DNA of 64,000 nt from Escherichia phage T5_ev219, in sequence record NC_134263.1; one strand, given 5' to 3'. The notes below the pieces were generated by a model. That model was given only the letters and a program-made list of their open reading frames with translations. It was not told where the DNA came from and did no database searches. This document shows positions 58,247 to 64,000 of this stretch, piece by piece (positions within the stretch are counted from its first letter, which is position 1; each line of letters starts with the position of its first letter). Both the position numbers and the translations under genes were made by a program.

Positions 58247-58698
58247 TATAAGAACCTTGCGAATCCTGATTTTATTTCAGTCTTGACTTGTGTCTTTTCT
58301 TGAGGATTCTGTAATTTGTCTTTCTGCTTTTGAACCCACACTTTTTGCTTATTAGCAGAAAATAAAGGAGGTTCTTTCGTGTAAACCTTATGTAATAGTT
58401 GGTGATGGTGCTGGCACAATGTTACCACGTCCCTAACTAACTCATGCTCATATTTCTTGTAGAATGCTTCCCTATTTGAAAGGACGATATTCTCATCAGT
58501 GAAATCCAGCTGGAGTTCTTTAGCAAATTTTTTTATTAGCTGAGATATAGTATGATAGTGATGAAGTTCTAGGTCTTCACTACTACCACATATAGCACAG
58601 CAACCATCCTTACTATACCTAGATTTTATACCATCCCTCATTATGGAAATGGCATCACGTTTGTACTTAGTATTAGTGGCCATACTCCTCCAATCCAA
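58246..58698 (-). CDS. HNH endonuclease
   Basis: Cys/His-rich HNH motif CAICGSSEDLELHHYH...CQHHHQLLH. Confidence 0.65.
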   Translation of the reverse strand: MDWRSMATNTKYKRDAISIMRDGIKSRYSKDGCCAICGSSEDLELHHYHTISQLIKKFAKELQLDFTDENIVLSNREAFYKKYEHELVRDVVTLCQHHHQLLHKVYTKEPPLFSANKQKVWVQKQKDKLQNPQEKTQVKTEIKSGFARFL

Positions 58699-59347
58699 AG
58701 CTACTTAGAAAGATTACTATATCCTCAGGAGCAACATTAAAAAATTCCGTGCTTCCTGTAAAATTAGAAAACCCACAGTTTTTATTATAATATTCTCTGT
58801 GAACTTCCTTTTCTAAATCTAAAGCAGTCTCTCTATCTGGCAGATGATACATGGTGAACAAGTATAGGTCAGAAAATCCAGATTCTCTTTTAACTTCATT
58901 CAACCGTTTCTCAGGGTATAAGCTTATGCCTACTTTAGTACCACTAGAGGAGGACATGATATAGAGGAATCCGCCATTCTCCCATTTAAGAGAACAATAA
59001 GGACATCTCTTACCTTGAGTCAATCCATCTAAGGTAATGAAACAGTCATGCCCATTATTGCAGCGTAGATGTAGTTTTGTTTTAGCATTAGTATAGCTGC
59101 TTAACAGAGTATACCCTATATTAGATATTCTGTTACTAACTTCATCTAACGATATTGTATTATTGGAGCAGTGTGGACAACCTCTCCTCATATGGAGTAT
59201 AGAATGTGGTGTTGCTTCCCAAACGTGTGCTCTCTGGCATTTAAATACTGTTTTTGTACGTTGGTTTACATATTCACCGACAATTTGGATTCCACGATCA
59301 GCTAATCTAATATTTATATCTTTTATTGTTAGCTTTTGTCGACCCAT
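58673..59347 (-). CDS. putative homing endonuclease (zinc-ribbon N-terminus, GIY-YIG-like core)
   Basis: CxxC...CPHCS and CPYCS ribbons; GFLYIM...KVGIS...RLNEVKR resembling GIY-YIG; TAGGAG RBS. Confidence 0.45.
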   Translation of the reverse strand: MGRQKLTIKDINIRLADRGIQIVGEYVNQRTKTVFKCQRAHVWEATPHSILHMRRGCPHCSNNTISLDEVSNRISNIGYTLLSSYTNAKTKLHLRCNNGHDCFITLDGLTQGKRCPYCSLKWENGGFLYIMSSSSGTKVGISLYPEKRLNEVKRESGFSDLYLFTMYHLPDRETALDLEKEVHREYYNKNCGFSNFTGSTEFFNVAPEDIVIFLSSFGLEEYGH

Positions 59348-59518
59348 AGAATCTCCTACACCCCATGTAGAGCATTAATTTTTCTTGTTTACGTTCTATT
59401 ATGGGAGAAGTTCTCCCGATCAATGAATATAGTATACATAATCGTATCGAATTTGTAAAGGGGATTTTAAAATACAGGAATGGGATACCAACTGAGTAGT
59501 ATCCCATCCTATACTTAC

Positions 59519-60835
59519 TTATTTACCACGGGAAATAGAGTAAATTCCATAGCGTAGTGCATCACAAAGGTGAGAGTTAGCATCATGACGTGGTTTTTCA
59601 CGCGATAATTTCTCTTCGCCTTCTTGGAAGTCCCACTTATAGTTCTGCAATGCATGGATTAATGAAGAGCATGAAGCATCTACAATAATCTTACCCTGCT
59701 GGAATAGCGCTTGCAAGCATGCTAGACCATCTAGGACAGATTTTTTAGCTGGAGCTGATGCAATTTCATGTTCATAAGCTAAGTCCTGGCGGAACTGGGC
59801 AGCCGCGGAGTCAACGAAGATACGATCTACGTTATAACGATCTATACAGTGCTGAATATACGCAGCATGCTGAGCTGTGGTTTTCTCCGCCTGCTGGTAC
59901 TCTTCTAATACGTAGTAAGTATCCGTATCGTAATGATACTTAATAGTAAGAACTGCTGTAGGATCACGATAACCAACGTCAATACCAAGCAACGTTTCGA
60001 ATGCTTCATCATCTTTAAAGAAGTGACGCATACCTTTGAGGTCTTTAACATGATCGATAGCGTTAAAGGTATCAAAGATCTGACCTTCGAATACAGAGAA
60101 ATCAGCCTCATATTCCTGACGGAAGTAGTTTTTACTAACTGTACGACGTGCTTCTTCGATATCATTCAGATCAGCACGTGGGTTATCACGATATGTACCA
60201 TGAATAGATACCCAGTTAGGTAACGTATCATCAAATCCATAAGCGTAAAACTCTTTAAACCAGTTACCACCACGAGGGGTGGAAATAAATAGAGCCTTAG
60301 AATTAGGTTTATCTAGAGTAGGACGTAACTGAACCCTAAAGGCATCACCACCTACATCGGAAATTGCAGCCTCATCAAAGATGATAAAATCATATGAACG
60401 TCCAACTGCGGAGTCAGCCTGAGCAGCAGAAGCTAGTTTAAACAGAGAACCATTAGCCAACTCTATTTCTTTATCTTTAGCGTTTTCACGTTCGGTTTGT
60501 AGGCCATACTTCTTAATAAGACCACGAATCTGTGACCATCCAATATTAGCCAGTGAATAGTTAGGTGCAACAACAAGCACTTTTACATTAGGTTCCAGCA
60601 ACTTTAGGAACCCAAGTGTATATGCTATAAAGGACTTGCCTACACGGCGTGATACACACGCCGTTACAAAACGATGTCTAGGGTCTTCTAGGGCATTGAT
60701 AATTGCTATTTGAGGGCCGTTAGGTGTAATACCTTCTTGTGCTAGTATTCCTGAAACAGGTAGACGAAAGAAACGTTTATCTATTCCGAAATCAATAACA
60801 TCTACTGTGTTAACGTAGGGTCTTGATACTTCCAT
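59519..60835 (-). CDS. terL: terminase large subunit
   Basis: 438 aa; Walker A-like VSRRVGKS, ATPase + RNase H-like nuclease fold. Confidence 0.9.
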   Translation of the reverse strand: MEVSRPYVNTVDVIDFGIDKRFFRLPVSGILAQEGITPNGPQIAIINALEDPRHRFVTACVSRRVGKSFIAYTLGFLKLLEPNVKVLVVAPNYSLANIGWSQIRGLIKKYGLQTERENAKDKEIELANGSLFKLASAAQADSAVGRSYDFIIFDEAAISDVGGDAFRVQLRPTLDKPNSKALFISTPRGGNWFKEFYAYGFDDTLPNWVSIHGTYRDNPRADLNDIEEARRTVSKNYFRQEYEADFSVFEGQIFDTFNAIDHVKDLKGMRHFFKDDEAFETLLGIDVGYRDPTAVLTIKYHYDTDTYYVLEEYQQAEKTTAQHAAYIQHCIDRYNVDRIFVDSAAAQFRQDLAYEHEIASAPAKKSVLDGLACLQALFQQGKIIVDASCSSLIHALQNYKWDFQEGEEKLSREKPRHDANSHLCDALRYGIYSISRGK

Positions 60836-61317
60836 TATTTCTTACCTCCAGTAGCCAGGGAAGTAATTAAGTCCATGTAGTTTTGATCCCCAGCTCCAGC
60901 AATAATATTATTCTGGATATTGGTCTGATTAGCAGGAGCACGGACGGCAGCTTTAGCTTTTTCTAGCTCCACCATCATTTTCATCTCTTCCATCTTCATT
61001 TTATGTGCCTTCCAGAGAATGTCCATAATATCCTGGTCAGAACCCATGCCAGTTTCTTCTAGCTCTTCTAGCTTACGCTTAATAACTTCATCTAGAACAC
61101 CAAATAAACGATCTCTATTACGGAATCCACTCTCCATAAAAATATCATTTAAGTAGTTTTTAACTTCGCTACGATTCATAATATCTCGGAAAGCAATTTC
61201 AGACATTCCAAGACTACGTGCGGCAGAAGGCACATCACTGCCACACTGTAAATAGGCTTCAATCACATCCATCCCTTCAGGGGACATAAGATCTGGTACT
61301 AATACATCATTTGCCAT
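60835..61317 (-). CDS. terS: terminase small subunit
   Basis: 160 aa with N-terminal HTH; directly upstream of terL. Confidence 0.6.
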   Translation of the reverse strand: MANDVLVPDLMSPEGMDVIEAYLQCGSDVPSAARSLGMSEIAFRDIMNRSEVKNYLNDIFMESGFRNRDRLFGVLDEVIKRKLEELEETGMGSDQDIMDILWKAHKMKMEEMKMMVELEKAKAAVRAPANQTNIQNNIIAGAGDQNYMDLITSLATGGKK

Positions 61318-61327
61318 ATTTCCTCCT

Positions 61328-63085
61328 TTAGGTAAGGCGTTGAACTGTTACTCTTAATCTAGGTAGGAAAACTGCACTACCCAAACTCACGTGCATAACT
61401 ACCCCTAACTCTACATTTCCATTTCCTAAATTTTTAACAGTGTATATAAAACTGTTTCTACTTAGAGCATTGTTAGGTGTATATCTAAAAGCAGATGTAG
61501 TATGAAACGGTACTAGATAGCCCACAGGTAGCGTTAAAATCTGGTGGAATATTGCATCCCCGCCGCTATAGCTATATGCTCTTCTTCCTTGCACTTGAAA
61601 CACACCATTATTCCATGTATTAGCTGGAACACCCGCACAATTAAGATTACCTGATATAACTTCAGTAGTAAGAATTACTGTAGCATTTCCGCCTGGTATA
61701 CCCAGCCCAATAGTTGATAAACCAACGTATCTATCACCCGTTCCTGGGTAGCTGGGAGTAATATCATCTCCCATATAAGAGCTACCTACATTTCCACCAA
61801 AAAGTCGCAGTGGAACTGCTGAGGGTCCCCAAACAACTCCATGCTCGTTACCAATAGTATTATCGTTAGAGTTTACATACCACTGTTTACCTACTCCGAA
61901 CTTATAAATGCTAATCTGTGATTTAGCTCCACCATAGTCTACAGGAGACCACAACCCTCCATTACTAGACCCTACAAGTTCACATCTTGCCGTGGTATCA
62001 CCAAAAACCCCGGTATACGCTGCGTTATTTCCGATGAATTCCATATCTGGCCTATAGCCTAAGTTACCAAAAGCATTCTGGTTAATAAACTTATACCCGG
62101 TATTAGGGAGATTCACCCCTTTAATTATGAAATTAGAAGGAGATATAAGAATATCAGAACCAGTAAAGGGGTTGCCGGAAATACTCATACCACCATTCGA
62201 GTACCTTAAATTAAGAACATACCAAATAACCTTAGTAGGAGTTATATTATACCAATCCTGTATTACTGTAGGGTTGCCAGACTGATTGGCCAGATTAGTA
62301 GTAGATCCCCTACAAACAAATCTGTTCCCGCCGTCGTGGTACATAGTATTTACATTACCTGGGAGCCCTTGCCTAACCCCACCATACCCACGTATATTAG
62401 AATTGCAAACATAAAACCAATCATGCCCTCTATGTGCTGCTCCTAGAGGCGACATCCATCCAGGATCCCAATAGTACGGGTTATTGCCATCTACAGGTAC
62501 TGTGCTACTATTAGTAGGAAAACCTAATTGTGCAAAGGCTTCTGCAACAGTAACACCTACAGGAGCTCCCGCACCGGGCCTAACTATACCGTGGTAGGTA
62601 CTATGTAACGTAGTACCACCTGTGCCACTCCTAGAGATAGATTCTTCGTGCCCTATCGAGGGGTTATAATTATAAGTTCCAGATGCGAGGCTGTTACCAA
62701 ATGCAAATCCACTGGTTTGAGAAACACTAGCAAAAGATCTAAAGGGATCTGCCTGAGTGGCAACTATAGTTTGACCAACTTTACTCTGAGTACCGTTAAG
62801 AAAAGCTCTGTGAGTACCATTAATTTCAATAGCAGTTAGTATAACTCTACCAGGATCATTAGATTTAATATTTATTATATCAGGAGGCATCTGACATACG
62901 AAAAACCCATTCCCGGCATCACCTAATCCTGCCTCATAAGTACCATCAACTAGAACAAATGGCATATCACTATGAAAAATACTATTATTATTTGGACTAT
63001 AGTGACGATTAATGTCACCCCCAGATTCAGTATTTAAAGATAGTACGGTCTTACCATCGCTATACTTTCCAGCGAAAAAACCCAT
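61328..63085 (-). CDS. receptor-binding tail protein (pb5-like)
   Basis: 585 aa Gly-rich beta protein; divergently paired with lipoprotein gene as in T5 oad/llp. Confidence 0.55.
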   Translation of the reverse strand: MGFFAGKYSDGKTVLSLNTESGGDINRHYSPNNNSIFHSDMPFVLVDGTYEAGLGDAGNGFFVCQMPPDIINIKSNDPGRVILTAIEINGTHRAFLNGTQSKVGQTIVATQADPFRSFASVSQTSGFAFGNSLASGTYNYNPSIGHEESISRSGTGGTTLHSTYHGIVRPGAGAPVGVTVAEAFAQLGFPTNSSTVPVDGNNPYYWDPGWMSPLGAAHRGHDWFYVCNSNIRGYGGVRQGLPGNVNTMYHDGGNRFVCRGSTTNLANQSGNPTVIQDWYNITPTKVIWYVLNLRYSNGGMSISGNPFTGSDILISPSNFIIKGVNLPNTGYKFINQNAFGNLGYRPDMEFIGNNAAYTGVFGDTTARCELVGSSNGGLWSPVDYGGAKSQISIYKFGVGKQWYVNSNDNTIGNEHGVVWGPSAVPLRLFGGNVGSSYMGDDITPSYPGTGDRYVGLSTIGLGIPGGNATVILTTEVISGNLNCAGVPANTWNNGVFQVQGRRAYSYSGGDAIFHQILTLPVGYLVPFHTTSAFRYTPNNALSRNSFIYTVKNLGNGNVELGVVMHVSLGSAVFLPRLRVTVQRLT

Positions 63086-63110
63086 ATAATCTCCTATTAT
63101 AAAAATGTAT

Positions 63111-63139
63111 TTGCTTTCATCTCTCTATTTTGCTATAAT
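63111..63139 (+). promoter_or_regulatory. T5-type early promoter (TTGCTT-17-TATAAT) driving the lipoprotein gene
   Basis: Hexamers at 63111-63116 and 63134-63139 plus conserved leader. Confidence 0.7.
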
Positions 63140-63170
63140 AGATTCATAAATTAGAAATGGAGAGATAAAT

Positions 63171-63437
63171 ATGAAAAAGTTTGTAATTGCACTAGTTGCC
63201 ACAGTTATGTTATCTGGTTGTGCACCTGCTCCCAAACCATTTTGTACGGGATTTGTAAAATCTTTTGGTGGTGCGGGAGAAGAACATTACGGTCTCAAGG
63301 TTCAAAAAGTTCGTATTAAGGGAGATCGCTTTCCAGTAGTACAGCTCCGTACTAAGTTTGGGTGGTGGGATCTCAGTCAGTTTGACCTTAAATATGGTGA
63401 TTGTAAATTTAAACTAGAGCAATCTAATTACTTGTAA
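63171..63437 (+). CDS. llp: lipoprotein, likely lytic-conversion/superinfection-exclusion lipoprotein
   Basis: Signal peptide with lipobox LSGC; 88 aa; divergent from receptor-binding gene. Confidence 0.65.
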   Translation: MKKFVIALVATVMLSGCAPAPKPFCTGFVKSFGGAGEEHYGLKVQKVRIKGDRFPVVQLRTKFGWWDLSQFDLKYGDCKFKLEQSNYL

Positions 63438-63550
63438 TTAGTATAAAGCAAAAAGACATCCAAGTAAACTAAATTTTTTATTTCTTGGACGGTATACTGG
63501 CAGAAAACACTATATAAGAAAAGTAGAAGTCCTTCTAGGAGTTCACAGGC

Positions 63551-63742
63551 ATGTTTGGTTATGCCCAAATTATAAAATATTTCAAAAATCACATTTATAG
63601 GAGCATGAAAGATATGTCAAACAAAAGAAAGAGCAGGCGTGGAGAGGTGTATGATAGCTGGATTAATAGTTTTGGGTTCGGAACTATCCTATTCTTTATT
63701 TTCGTAGGTTTTTGGTTAGCAGCTATGGCGGGGTGGATTTAA
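63551..63742 (+). CDS. small membrane protein (C-terminal TM helix)
   Basis: ORF track; hydrophobic C-terminus ILFFIFVGFWLAAMAGWI. Confidence 0.35.
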   Translation: MFGYAQIIKYFKNHIYRSMKDMSNKRKSRRGEVYDSWINSFGFGTILFFIFVGFWLAAMAGWI

Positions 63743-63849
63743 TGGAATGGGTAATTATTGCATTGCTAGGGGTTGTTGTTATCGGACAATGTATTTTAGA
63801 TAATCACTTAGCTAGAATTGAAACTTTATTACTGGAGAAACGTAAATGA
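63742..63849 (+). CDS. small hydrophobic peptide (35 aa)
   Basis: Self-translated MEWVIIALLGVVVIGQCIL...; TAATG overlap with previous ORF. Confidence 0.3.
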   Translation: MEWVIIALLGVVVIGQCILDNHLARIETLLLEKRK

Positions 63850-64000
63850 TGGAAGTGGCAGCTACATTAACAGTAATATTAGTCTGGGCAACTTTCATTG
63901 TTTCTTATAACGCGTATGTTCGCCTAAAAACTCTAGAAGCTCAAGTAAAACAACAACAATTCGCGCTAGAAAAATTGGTAGAACTCCAACGTTGTGATAG
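63846..64000 (+). CDS. small membrane protein, partial (runs off window end)
   Basis: Self-translated MMEVAATLTVILVWATFIVSYNAYV...; ATGA overlap with previous ORF. Confidence 0.3.
   Translation, partial: MMEVAATLTVILVWATFIVSYNAYVRLKTLEAQVKQQQFALEKLVELQRCD

Noticed and set aside
4456-60835. Inteins or group I introns in nrdA, DNA polymerase, terminase
   Set aside because: Protein lengths (776, 855, 438 aa) and motif spacing are those expected for uninterrupted enzymes.
1-64000. tRNA genes, CRISPR arrays, integrase/att sites
   Set aside because: No TpsiC-type GTTCGAATC signatures or cloverleaf candidates in intergenic regions, no regularly spaced direct repeats outside the tail-fibre gene, and no recombinase; a tRNA scan was not run, so absence is by eye only.

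Overview
This 64 kb window reads as a contiguous segment of a T5-like (Tequintavirus/Demerecviridae-type) lytic siphophage genome; there are no host genes, integrase, tRNAs or CRISPR arrays. Three blocks are visible. (1) 1-7913, minus strand: early nucleotide-metabolism genes (RNase H, thymidylate synthase, DHFR, class Ia RNR nrdAB, PhoH) with an HNH homing endonuclease. (2) 8257-35204, plus strand: early genes driven by repeated sigma70-type promoters (TTGCTT-17-TATAAT with a shared leader), including anaerobic RNR NrdD, a Sir2-like protein, a HAD phosphatase, a 929-aa origin-binding-type helicase, a two-ORF NAD-dependent ligase, DnaB-like helicase, DnaG-like primase, family A DNA polymerase, D10-type helicase, SbcCD-like nuclease, flap endonuclease and dUTPase. 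(3) 35261-63085, minus strand: late structural genes (two-protein L-shaped tail fibre, baseplate and tape-measure proteins, tail tube, capsid, protease, portal, terminase, receptor-binding protein), followed by a divergent lipoprotein (llp-like). I found no single clear-cut novel system; the most noteworthy candidates are the Sir2-like/HAD accessory cluster, the frame-split SbcD-like nuclease, a codon-optimised protein built of four HTH repeats, a possible +1 frameshift in the tail chaperone pair, and a long untranslated leader ahead of the replication-initiator gene. All calls rest on motif recognition by eye and remembered T5 gene order and sizes; no database search was run.
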